The notes under the pieces are model-generated. The model searched no databases. It saw nothing but the letters and a program-made list of their open reading frames with translations, and had not been told where the DNA came from. 64,000 nt of DNA. It comes from Podarcis pityusensis (taxonomy: Eukaryota). Of the stretch, positions 22,656 to 34,349 are shown piece by piece (position 1 is the first letter of the stretch; each line of letters begins with the position of its first letter). The translations under genes and the position numbers were made by a program. The DNA lies in NCBI GenBank assembly GCA_964106645.2, contig OZ067052.1. The stretch is one strand, 5' to 3'.

Positions 22656-25179
22656 CTCCATTGCATTTACATCCCACCTTTTGCTCAGTGGGGCTTAAGG
22701 TACATGGTTCTGGCCCTCATTTAATCCCCACAACAGCCCTGTCAGGTGGGAGAGGCTGAGAGTGAGTGATCAGCCCCCGGGGTCACCCAGGGAGCAGTCC
22801 CAAACGCCAGGCTGGTGGAGGCTGAGACTCATCCACAGCCCCAGGAACAAACGCAGGAAGCTCTGTGATCAGAGGGAAGGACGGGGGGACTGAGCAGGAT
22901 GCTGCAGTGCCGTCCCATGAGGACTAGGAACTTGGCCTTTGAAGTCTGCTCTGCTTGGGGACGCAGTGTTCTGTGCAGCCCAAACGCAGCCCCGGCTGCA
23001 TGAGTAGCAACCGCCAGTCAGGCTGGTGGAAGGCAAGTGTCCTGAGTCCTGCGGTGTGGATCCCCTCTGCCTTCAGGGGAAGATGAGGGCAGAAGCTGAG
23101 AAGAAAGGCTTAGCAAAAGGCAGAAGTTAGTGGGCTCTTCTTCCTTGGTGGTTTCTAAGCAGAGGCCAGGTGGCCGTCTGTCAGGGATGCTATACCTGGG
23201 ATTGCGAGGCGGGACTAGATGGTCCTTGGGGTCACTTCCAACTCTGCAAGTCTATGATTCTGCGGAAACCCCAAATGCCCAAGCGGGTGGATCAAAGACC
23301 TTGATCAGTATGCAGCAGTAATGCACACAAGCAGGCGGGCAGCAAGCCGTGTGTGTGTATCCGTGTGTGTGTGTGCCCAAAGGACTTTGGAGCCATGAAT
23401 TCTAGCTCAGAATAAGCCCATCCCTGAAAAGCTGCGCAAGAGAGAGCCGTCATTCTGGCAAGGTGGCTCTCGCGGCGCAGGATTCTGACTCCTTCAAGAA
23501 GTTCTTGCCACAGACCAGACCGGTCTGTTTCCTTGGCTACAGTCTGATGCTCTCCCGAGTGGGGGGTCTCAAAGCTGGAGCAAGGGGGGGAGTTTTTAAG
23601 CAGAGGTCAGACAGCCACCCATCGGGGATTCTTGAGCTGTGCTCCTTGCATTGCAGTGGGCTGGGCTGGATGACCTTTGGGGGACCCTGCCAACTCTGCA
23701 GTTCTCAGGTGGAACTAGATGAGCCTTGGCATTGTGCTTGTGAGTTAACTGGGGGCTGCTTGTGGGGGGGGGGTGCCAGGCATGCCCCCACTTAGTAAAG
23801 CTGGCTGGATCTCCTGCACTGGGTGGGGGTTAGGGTAGTAGGGGAGCCTTCCCCTCCTGCAGAAAAGAAAAACACTTTTGGTCAGAAGTGCCTGCCAGAG
23901 GGGCCTCCCTGCCGGCCTTCTGCTTGGCCCTGTGCTGGTGTCCTGAGCCATGGGTGCCAGGGCCAAGAGAAATGCCCCCTGCCTGGGGGGCTTTTACTTA
24001 CTTTTCCCGCCTAGTGGCATCTGCCCTTCCTTTCCTGCTCTCCCCCCGCCCCCAGCAGTCCTCCTCAATTCCACACTGGGGTTTTCTCCCCCCCCCCGCC
24101 CCGGTCTATCTTTTTCCATCTCTCTGTCTCTCTTCGTAACAGTTTTTAATAATGTTTTAGTTAGTTCCAGCCCTTTTCCCTCAATGGATCCCATTGGAAA
24201 AAAACAAAAAGCATTTTGAAAGGAAACAGTTATACACTTCCCTTCCTTTGAAACTCTTGCTGGCACCTTTTCCAGCGCAGTAAACCATACAACATGGATT
24301 TTCAAGAGTTTCCAAACACAGACATGCTGGCGTTAAATTTATGAAAAAATGTTTTATTCGGCCGTGTGCTCCAGAAAGAGAGAGGAGCCTCGGAGCGGCT
24401 GGTCAGAGTTGAAACCCAAGCCCCCGGCTCGGAATCAGGCTCCCCCCAAACCTGCTAGGAGACGCAGCTGCCAACCCCAGCCAGCTTGCTGGGCCTTTCC
24501 CAGTGCCTCTGCAGCTTCTCCTCTCCCAGAAAGGAAAGCCGGGGGGGGGGGAGAGAGGAAGAGGAAGAGGAGTCCCCCTTCGGCTACTGGCCCTGCAGCC
24601 GGCCCAAGAGAGACTCTGCCGCAAATCAGCACTTTGGGGTGGGGCTTTTAAGAGCAAATCTGCACTGAGATGAGTCTGCTCTGCAGGGCTTTCTGCTGGG
24701 AGGGGGGCTGTTAAAATTACACACACACCCCAGGCAGTCCGGAGTCTGCGTCGGGTATAGACAATGCGGTGTACACAGGAAGTCCCAGAGGCAATTCCCA
24801 TAGGAAGCTGCCGTACACCGAGTCAGGCCATTGGGTCATCTACCTAGTATTGCTTGCACTGACTGGCAGCTGTGGCCCGCTGGGTTTGGGCTGGCAGGAG
24901 TCTCTCCCAGCCCCACCTGGAGATGCTGCTGGGACTTTCTGAGATCCAGCCCTTTCCCACCAGCTTCCTGTTTAAATCGGCCCTTAAGCCAAAACCATGA
25001 GGGCTGGGATCTTGCTTTATTTTTAGGGGGAGGGCTGGGGGGCACCTGCTTTGCATGCAGAAGGTCCCAGTGGCATCTTTGAAGCCCAGGGCTGCTGCTT
25101 CCCATGGCTGACCTCTGTTTAGAACAGCTTCCTGGGTTCCTTTGAACGTTGATGTAGTGGCTTTTGTCAGTTTTGACTA

Positions 25180-25417
25180 CAGTGGTACCTCGGGTTAAGT
25201 ACTTAATTCATTCCGGAGGTCCGTTATTAACCTGAAACTGTTCTTAACCTGAAGCACCGCTTTAGCTAATGGGGCCTCCCGCTGCCGCTGCGCAGAGCAC
25301 GATTTCTGTTCTCATCCTGAAGCAAAGTTCTTAACCCGAGGTACTATTTCTGGGTTAGCGGAATCTGTAACCTGAAGCGTCTGTAGCCTGAAGCGTCTGT
25401 AACCCGAGGCACCACTG
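25180..25417. mobile_element. Tc1/mariner (Tigger-like) MITE
   Basis: TA TSD, 18-bp TIR CAGTGGTACCTCGGGTTA (1 mismatch), internal aacctgaagc repeats. Confidence 0.92.
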
Positions 25418-27364
25418 TATTTTTATGTCCGTCTTTGGCACTGAGCTGTTATGCTGCTTCGCATCGCCAAAGGTGGCTTCCGAATGCTGTTTAAAATAGG
25501 CGCAGATTCCGGGAGAGGCAGAGGGTGCAGGGCATGTCGCCAGAAGAGTCTTGCTGGTAGGGCAGATGGGCTTGCGGGTGAGGAAGGAAGGACTGATGGA
25601 CAGGAGCGGCAGCGGCTGCCCTTGCCCTGCAGGCTTTGATGACAGAGCTGCCCCTCTCCCTGGGCCCTTGCCTCTCCCTCCTTGCCACCCCACCAGCCAC
25701 ACACAAAGGAGTCTCCAAGGAAACTGGGTCTCCCTCCTGCACATTCACACATGGCTGTCAGGCTCCAGACAGCCTCTGGCGCAGGGCTGGGGGAATCCCG
25801 CCTGGCCTCTCCCACCCAGCAATGGAGTCTCAGCCTCCTGCGGGGTGAATGGGTGCTCCCTTCTGGCTGCAGGTGATCCCAAGCAGCCTGCAGAGGCCGG
25901 CAGCTTTCTCTGCAGTTGGGCTGCCAGAGGAAGCCCCTGTGCTTTCCCCCTGGAAATTGGGTGCTCCGCATCAGGAACTTGCCCCCCACTTCTAGCCATC
26001 CTGCAGTTAAACGTGGGCGCACTTTGCTCAAATACGGGAGCTGTGTGTTTCCTCTTCTGAGCTGGCGAGGCGGCAAGGGCCCCAAATAGCACCTCCTTGG
26101 AGGAGGCCCCAAACGGCACTGAAACACTGACCCCAAATCTCCAGCAGAATTCTATGAGTTGTGCAGCCCTGGGGGAGCAGAGGTCTCTGCTCTTATCAGC
26201 TGGGCAGAATCTGCTGTTTCTGCTAGTCCTGGTGAGGGATGTTGCCATGGGAGACCGTACCCCAGACACCAGTGGTTGCATTCTCTCCAGAGCAGTTTTG
26301 TGGGGTTAATAGCGGCAGGTGTGCACAAACACCAGTATGGCTCTGTTCTGTCTCTACTGTTGGAGACGGCAGATGCCTCTGAATGGCAGTTGCTGGGAAT
26401 CACAGGTAGAGAGAGTTGCTGGTGCGCTCAGTTCTCACATGTCGGCTTCTTCCCTTTGAGGGCACCTGGTTGGCCACTGCGAGAACAGGATGCTAGACTC
26501 GATGAGCCCTCTTTGGCCTGGTTATGGACAAGTGTTGTGATAGCAGAACCTCCATGCCCAGGGACAGTCTACCTCTGAATACCAGATGGTGGAGAACAAC
26601 AACTGGAGAATTGCTGTAGTGCTCAGGTCCTGCTTGCAAGCTTCCCATAGTATCTGGTTGACCACTGTGAGAATAGGATGCTGCACCAGGTGGACTATCG
26701 GCCTGACCCGGCAGGCGCTTATTACGCTGCTATGCCCTGGGCCTTGGAAGGTTGCCACCGAGAGCTCCTGGTGCCTGGGTGTTTCTGTCCGTGCAGGGTC
26801 CCCCTGGTTGGGGAGGCTCTCCAGAGAGGCAAGGGTGGGGGACTGCAAGGCCATCGTGCCCTCCCTGCTCACCCCATAGGCGGCACCCGCTCTGCCCCAT
26901 GGCGGGCCTGTGGAAATGGCTTCTCCGCCTGTTGGTCATTAGGGGCCTTTTCAGGAAACTTCTGAGAATAACACGTTCTAAAAATGGGAGAACCGCTTTC
27001 CACGGATAGCTTCCGGGAAAAGGGCCGAGTTAATTTTAGCCGCTACAGCGCCCTTTTCCGCTTTCAGGGGGGACGCAAGCTCGAGGCTGAAGACCCCGGT
27101 GTGTGTGTGTGTGTGTGTGTGCAAGGATGTAGCGCTGCTCAGTCACCTCGCAGAGGGGAAACGGGTCTGGTCTTCCGTGGATCCAAACCCAGAGGCCGTC
27201 CTCAGAGTCACCTCTCCCTCCTGCCGCCTGTTCCTATTGGCTCTCCAGGCCGAAGGGGACGAGCATGTGGAGCTCCAGGGGTTCAGGACCCTGGCCAGGG
27301 CAAGCCCCTCTCGCAGCCGGGCTTCCTGTGCGAGTCCCATGCAGGCCCAAGGCCCCGTCTGGGA

Positions 27365-27564
27365 NNNNNNNNNNNNNNNNNNNNNNNNNNNNNNNNNNNN
27401 NNNNNNNNNNNNNNNNNNNNNNNNNNNNNNNNNNNNNNNNNNNNNNNNNNNNNNNNNNNNNNNNNNNNNNNNNNNNNNNNNNNNNNNNNNNNNNNNNNNN
27501 NNNNNNNNNNNNNNNNNNNNNNNNNNNNNNNNNNNNNNNNNNNNNNNNNNNNNNNNNNNNNNNN
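27365..27564. other. Assembly gap (200 N)
   Basis: N run flanked by duplicated sequence. Confidence 0.99.
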
Positions 27565-28519
27565 GCAGTTCTCAGGTGGAACTAGATGAGCCTTGGCATT
27601 GTGCTTGTGAGTTAACTGGGGGCTGCTTGTGGGGGGGGGTGCCAGGCATGCCCCCACTTAGTAAAGCTGGCTGGATCTCCTGCACTGGGTGGGGGTTAGG
27701 GTAGTAGGGGAGCTTTCCCCTCCTGCAGAAAAGAAAAACACTTTTGGTCAGAAGTGCCTGCCAGAGGGGCCTCCCTGCTGGCCTTCTGCTTGGCCCTGTG
27801 CTGGTGTCCTGAGCCATGGGTGCCAGGGCCAAGAGAAATGCCCCCTGCCCGGGGGGCTTTTACTTACTTTTCCCTCCTAGTGGCATCTGCCCTTCCTTTC
27901 CTGCTCTCCCCCCGCCCCCAGCAGTCCTCCTCAATTCCACACTGGGGTTTTCTCCCCCCCCCCCCCCGCCCCGGTCTATCTTTTTCCATCTCTCTGTCTC
28001 TCTTCGTAACAGTTTTTAATAATGTTTTAGTTAGTTCCAGCCCTTTTCCCTCAATGGATCCCATTGGAAAAAAACAAAAAGCATTTTGAAAGGAAACAGT
28101 TATACACTTCCCTTCCTTTGAAACTCTTGCTGGCACCTTTTCCAGCGCAGTAAACCATACAACATGGATTTTCAAGAGTTTCCAAACACAGACATGCTGG
28201 CGTTAAATTTATGAAAAAATGTTTTATTCGGGGGGACGCAAGCTCGAGGCTGAAGACCCCGGTGTGTGTGTGTGTGCAAGGATGTAGCGCTGCTCAGTCA
28301 CCTCGCAGAGGGGAAACGGGTCTGGTCTTCCGTGGATCCAAACCCAGAGGCCGTCCTCAGAGTCACCTCTCCCTCCTGCCGCCTGTTCCTATTGGCTCTC
28401 CAGGCCGAAGGGGACGAGCATGTGGAGCTCCAGGGGTTCAGGACCCTGGCCAGGGCAAGCCCCTCTCGCAGCCGGGCTTCCTGTGCGAGTCCCATGCAGG
28501 CCCAAGGCCCCGTCTGGGA
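27565..28519 (+). repeat. Near-identical copy of 23698-24361 joined to 27067-27364 (probable second haplotype)
   Basis: Differs only by a few SNPs and homopolymer/(GT)n lengths, and starts exactly at the gap. Confidence 0.9.
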
Positions 28520-29119
28520 ATATGCCATTAATTTTTATACTTTCCCCTGTAAACCACCGACCCTTTTTATGATGTCAGGAGGGATTCCTTAATTCTGCAG
28601 CTGCTTCCTGGTTACGTCAGAGGAGAGCCTCCCGTCCTGGAGCCGAAAGAGAGAGCTGTGCTCCCCAGCTTGGGGGCTGGGGGGCCAGAAACAAATGAAG
28701 TGTTGAGTATCTAATGGCTTCCATGGGGAGAGCCCCTCTGTTCTCTCTCCCCCACCCCTTGCTCCACACTTTCCACCAGGCCTCACCTTGTCCTTCTCTC
28801 CCCCCTCCCTCCAAGAAAGAGTGATTTGCAAAGGAGGCTCTCAAAGGCCACACCTGCCCCCACCCCCGTCCGTGAAAGCACACTGTCCTAGGACATGGGG
28901 GGGGGTGTTTGTGCAAATCCAGCGCAGAAAACCGTGGCCCTTTTCCCAATCTCCTGATGCCCAGACAGAGAAGAGCTTTTGTACTCTGATGCCCCAAAGG
29001 ACTAGAAAGTTACAGGAGGGGAGATTCTGTGGATCCATCAGGATCCATTCTGTGTTTTTAATATTTTGTTTCTGAGCTTCCCAGAGTGGCTGGGACAACC
29101 CAGTCAGATGTGCAACGTA

Positions 29120-29147
29120 ATCATCATCATCATCATCATCATCATCA
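29120..29147. repeat. (ATC)n microsatellite forming an L2 tail
   Basis: Directly visible in the sequence. Confidence 0.85.
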
Positions 29148-32100
29148 TAATATCATTCTATTCTAAGGCCAGTGATCCAGGCTGGCGAGGAAGGCTCTTA
29201 AGTAGACCCCCTCTGCTCTTGATAGATCAGGTACCTTCAACCTTTTCAGACCCAGGACCCACTTCTCACCCAGACATGCATTTGGGGACCCATTTATTGG
29301 TCTTATCCCATATATTTGCTGGGTGGTGGTGCTCCTGTTGTGGCCCACCTCGGATCAGGCCCTGGCCCACCAGTTGGAAGACCTATTCAAGTCTTAATAG
29401 ATTGAGAAGGGGCTCAGCTGAACTTCCAAGGATCCTGTCTTTCTCTCTCTCTTCCCTCCTCCTTCTAAGAGTAACTTAGCCAGGTGAACTTGGTGGGACT
29501 GGGAATCTTTGTTGAAGGCTTTTGCACACACACACACCCCATGCAGGCGCTATTTCCCTTTCCACTCCTCTTTCCCTCCCCTCTTTGGACAGTAGGGCTA
29601 CAAGACTTTTGCATTCAATGGGTATTCCTGGCTCCAGCCAACGTGTGTGCATGCTGCTTGAGTCTGGCAGGAGACTGTCATTTGGGAGGAGGTGGGAGGG
29701 AGCCATGTGTCAGGCACACATTAAGCTAGGGCTTTGGAGGAATGCCCCCCAGCTGGGACTCTTCCTCCTCCCCCCCCCCAACATCCCACCCCAGAGATTT
29801 GCATTCCTGTCTGGTTGACATACCAGCCTCCCCCCCCCCGCCCCATCCCTCTGCATCCCAGTGGGGGCTTAGAAGCATCCACAGGCCCTCCTGGGTGCTT
29901 GCCTCCTCTCTGGCTGCCCACTTCCTGCAAGAAGGCCAGCCATGGGGCTGGGAAGGGGTGAGGTGGAGGGTGCGGTGCCAGGACTGTCTGGCTGAGGGTG
30001 ACTCAGAAGGCAACAACTCAGCGAGTGTCTGAGCAGCAGTGATAAGGGAAGAGGCAAATGATGATCGCCTCCAGGTGGTGTCAGCTGGGAGGGAGATGGG
30101 GGGAGCCAGCCCCACAGCCTTCCTGCCAGCCAGCTGGTGGAGAGGGGTCTGGTGGTGGTGGTGGCGGCGGCTGCAGAGTCAGTCGATGAGACATCAAGAG
30201 GTTGCCTCCTGGGGTGGCTCCCCCAGCCTGGCTGGCCATCCGGACACATCCACTTTTGGCTTTTGGGAGCAGAGTTCTGCTGCCTTCTGCTCTCAAAGGC
30301 CAAGCTCTCTGGCATAACATCTGGAAAGGTGTGTCTCATTCAGCCTGGGCTGTGCAAGACTCTGGATCTGGCCACCATCCTCTTTTTAAGGGGGCCAAGC
30401 GGATGCTTCTTCCGGGAAGCCCAAAAGCAGAATCCGAGCACAAGAGCTCTCTCCCCTCTTTGTTGCTGGGTTAAGGTTTTTCTGCCTTGGCAAATGGTCT
30501 GGTGCAATTTTGGACCCTTTCACAGCCCACCAACACTGGCCTCCCTTGGCCCGAAATCAAGGTCTCTCTTAACACCCACATCCTGTGTGTTTTGTCAGGT
30601 AGATGATGATGATGCCTCCTGCGGTGGGAACTCTCCTCTTTGGACTGTGGATAAGAACCGAAGGAGAGCCTGCTGGATGAGGCCTGTGGCTCATCTGGTC
30701 CAGCATCCTCTTCTCACGGTGGCCAATGAGATGCCCCAGAGGCAACCCCATAAGCAGGACCAGAGCACAAGAGCTCTCTCTCCTCTTGTGGTTTCCAGCA
30801 ACTGGGATTCAGACGCATTACTGCCTCTGACCGTGGAGGCAGGACAGAGCCATTGTGCCTCGTAGTCCTCCGTAGCCTTTTTCTCCTCCGTGGATTTGTC
30901 CAACCCTGTTTTAAAGCCATTTCTCTTGGTGGCCCTCCCTGCCTCCCGTGGGAGCAAGTTCCATAGGTTAACTGCGCAGTTGTCTCCATTTGGGGCCATT
31001 TGGCCCCTTCTGCCTGGGCATTAGCCCTGCTGCTGCTCTTTCTCCTTCCACTGGCTCCCCTGACCTGGCAGTGGCCTTCACGTAGCTCCCTCTTCTTGCT
31101 TTGCTGCTCCCCTCCGGGCATTGAGGAGGAAGCTGGCACTTTCTGCTTTCTCCTGCTTCTTCTTCCCAGGCTCTTCCTCTGGCTCCCTCCTCCATGGCCA
31201 CCTCCTTCCTCTCTCGCTGCCCTTCAGGCCTGGCCGATGGTGTCCAGCACACCCTGGCGGGGAGCGCTGGGTGTTTATCACTTTTCCTGGAGATTATCTG
31301 TTTTAAGCACTCCTTGACAGTTACAATAACAAGGGCCGCGCTCTCGGTTTCCCAGCACAGAAAAAGGGGACACTCTCCCGCCGCTGAAAGATGTATAGCG
31401 CTAATTGGAAAGGCATAACATCCGGCCACATGGCAGCCCCTCTCCGCTTCCTGAGCCTCGACAACTTTGACGACAGTTGGTTTATGTTTTCCACGAATAT
31501 TTTGTTCTCTGGGAAACGAAAGCGGCCTTCCCGGCCAAGCGGGAGGCAGCTCCCAGGTAGACGGACACCAGGGCGTGCGTGTGAGTGCCAGAGCATCCCC
31601 TGTGCTCTGGAGAGCAGACTGGCCGGGGCGAACCTGGGAGAGGAGCGCCCACAAGGCCCCCTCTGCCACTTGAGAACACGAGGAGAGTGCTGGATCAGGC
31701 CAAAGGGGGGCCCGTCTAGTCCAGCCTCCTCTTCTCCCAGCGGCTGAACAGATGCCTATGGGAAACCTGCAAGCAGGATTTGAGCCCAAGAGCAACACTC
31801 CTCGCTCCTGTGGCTTCAGAAGCCTGGCTGCCTCTGACCGTGGAGCCAGAGTGCAGCTAGCATGGCTAGTAGCCATCCATGGCCCTCTCCTCCCCGAATT
31901 TGTTTAATCCTCTTTCAAAAGTCACCTGCGAGGAGTGAAGCTACAGGGAATCAGACAGAGTGCCTTCTCGGTAGTGGCACCCACCCTGTGGAACACCCTC
32001 CCATCAGGTGTCAAGGAGATAAGTAACTATACAATCTTTGGAAGACATCTGAAGGAAGCCCTGGAAAGGGAAGGTTTTTAATGTTTGATGTTTCGTTGTG

Positions 32101-32491
32101 TTCTTATATCTGCTGGAAGCTGCACAGAGTGGCTGGGGAAACCCAGTCAGATGGGCAATGTATTATTATTGTTTACAATTACTATTACTATTACTGTTGT
32201 CATCATCATCCAAGTGGGTGGCTGTCACTACCTCCTGGTAGAGCGAGTTCCACCATTTAACTCCATTCTACATGAAGGACTATCCTTTGATCTGTTGCCC
32301 CTTCTTGGGCTCTCTTCTTGGGTCACCTGGTTGTCTCCTCTTTCCATCTTGGCACCCCAGAGAGACCAGCTCTGTGGGTGCTAGAAGAATGTCCTCACAG
32401 CTGTCCCTCTGCCCACCTGATCTCAGGCTGCTTTGGGACCCTGCAACCCCCTAGGCCTGGCAAGTGGGACCTGCAGTGCTAGGCGAGGGGC

Positions 32492-32719
32492 AGTGTAATG
32501 TTGTGCAGTAGTTAGAGCATCAGACTAGGACCTGGGGGAGACCAGGGGTCCAAGCCTCACTTGGCCATGAAGCCCACGGGGAGACCTTGCTCCCATCCCT
32601 GCCCCTCAGCCTAACCTGCCTTGCAGGGTTGTTGTGGGGATTAAATGGGGGGGCCATGGAAGCCACCTTGAACTCTGTGGAGGGAAAGTGGGATATAAAT
32701 GGAAAGTAATAAATAAATA
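32492..32719 (+). mobile_element. Squam3-like SINE
   Basis: tRNA head, CORE-like body and (AAAT)n tail. Confidence 0.75.
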
Positions 32720-33081
32720 GGGGACGCAGGTGGCGCTGTGGTCTAAACCACTGAGCCTAGGGCTTCCTGATCGGAAGGTCGGTGGTTCGAATCCCCACAA
32801 CGGAGTGATCTCCCATTCTTCGGTCCCAACTCCTGCCAACCAAGCAGTTCAAAAGCACATCAAAGTGCAAGTAGATAAATAGGTACCGCTCTGGTGGGAC
32901 GGTAAGCGGCGTTTCCATGTGCTGCTCTGGTTTCGCTAGAAGCGGCTTAGTCATGCTGGCCACATGACCCGGAAAAACTGCGGACAAAATGTCGGCTCCC
33001 TTGGCCAGTAAAGAGAGATGAGCGCCGCAACCCCAGAGTCGTTCGCGACTGGACTTAACTGTCAGGGGTCCTTTACTTTTT
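32720..33081 (+). mobile_element. Full-length Sauria SINE (Squam1)
   Basis: GGGACGCAGGTGGCGCTGTGGTCTAAACC head, B-box ggttcgaatcc, aagtagataaataggtacc core, BovB-like tail and cctttac end. Flanked by aataaataaata. Confidence 0.93.
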
Positions 33082-33271
33082 AAATAAATAAATATTCAGA
33101 GTTGTGCTACAAATGAGCCTCGCTTTAGAACACTGGACAAGAGGTTGTTGCCGGACTACAACTCCCATCATATCCGCCTGTTGGGAGCAAGCAACGTCTG
33201 GAGGGGCACCAGGTTCCCCCGCCTCACTTTATTGGGATATTATTGGTGAGCTTTAGTGCCTAAGGCAAATA

Positions 33272-33657
33272 CCGTATTTTTCGCCCCATAGGGCGCACTT
33301 TTTCCCCTCCAAAAATGAAGGGGAAATGTGTGTGCGTCCTATAGGGTGAATGCAGGCTTTTGCTGAAGCCTGGAGAGTGAGAGGGGTTGGTGCGCACCGA
33401 TGCCTCTAGCTCTCCAGGCTTCATGAAGCTATTCGCAAGCCCGGTGGTAGGTCCTGCGGGCTCACAAGGCTTGGGGCGGCAGCCTGCAGCCCGAAGCACG
33501 GGGAGCCCTCCGGAGGGTGCCCCGTGCTTCGGGCAGGTGTGCGCAAGGCTTGGGGCTGCAGCCGCGGCTGGGGGGGGGATTTTTTTTTATTCATTTCCCC
33601 CCCAAAAAACGAGGTGCGTCCTATGGGCCGGTGCGCCCTATAGGACGAAAAATGCGG
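33272..33657. mobile_element. Tc2/pogo-like MITE
   Basis: TA TSD and a 27-bp TIR CCGTATTTTTCGCCCCATAGGGCGCAC (3 mismatches). Confidence 0.9.
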
Positions 33658-34052
33658 TAAATGGCAGCCACCCACCAAGCTTGGCTACCCTGGCCGCCCC
33701 TTCAGTTCGTAGGCGTGAGAAATTCAAGCACCACCTTTAGAATCGCTTAGCAAAGGAGAAGAGATTTTCTGGGCTGAGCAGCAGCTTCAGAGCAAAGGCC
33801 GCCCCCCTGCATCGCTCTGCGGGGGTCATGCGATTCCCGCACAAAACTGCAGGGTAAGTGGAATCTGAACACCCAAGTTTGGTTTCCTCAGAGCGAGTGC
33901 GAGAGAGAAAGCAGCAAGTGCCTAGACCCTGTTGCTGCGAAGCGAGACTGGAAAGCGGGTCGGCCTGGTGGGTCTTAGAAGACTCCGCTGGGTTTTCCAG
34001 CCGTTAAGACCCTGCGTAGCTGTGCCCTGCCTGGCTCTCAGTGCAAACTGTC

Positions 34053-34349
34053 AGGTGCCATAAGAAAGCTGCAGAGATAGCACAGGATAGTACGCACCCC
34101 TGAAATGATCTCCTTCAGCTTCTGCTTTCTGGAAGAAGGTATAGGGTTATAAAGACCAGGACTAGCTGCCTGAGAAACAGTTTCTACCCAAATGCAATTC
34201 TGGTTCTAAATGCAGTATAAAGAGTCTCTATAGTATATTGTATTTAAAAATGGGGTTTCAGAGTTTTTATGGGTTTTTGAATGTCTTATGTAGATTTTTC
34301 AATTTCATTGTTCTGTATGGGACAATGACAATAAAGATAACGTATCGTA
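34053..34349 (+). mobile_element. Rex1/Babar LINE 3' end
   Basis: Translates as IAQDSTHP*NDLLQLLLSGRRYRVIKTRTSCLRNSFYPNAILVLN, the typical Rex1 C-terminus. AATAAA at 34330. Confidence 0.8.

Noticed and set aside
23698-28519. Genuine recent tandem duplication
   Set aside because: The copy begins exactly at a round-number gap and differs only at allelic level, so uncollapsed haplotypes are more likely. Not formally excluded.
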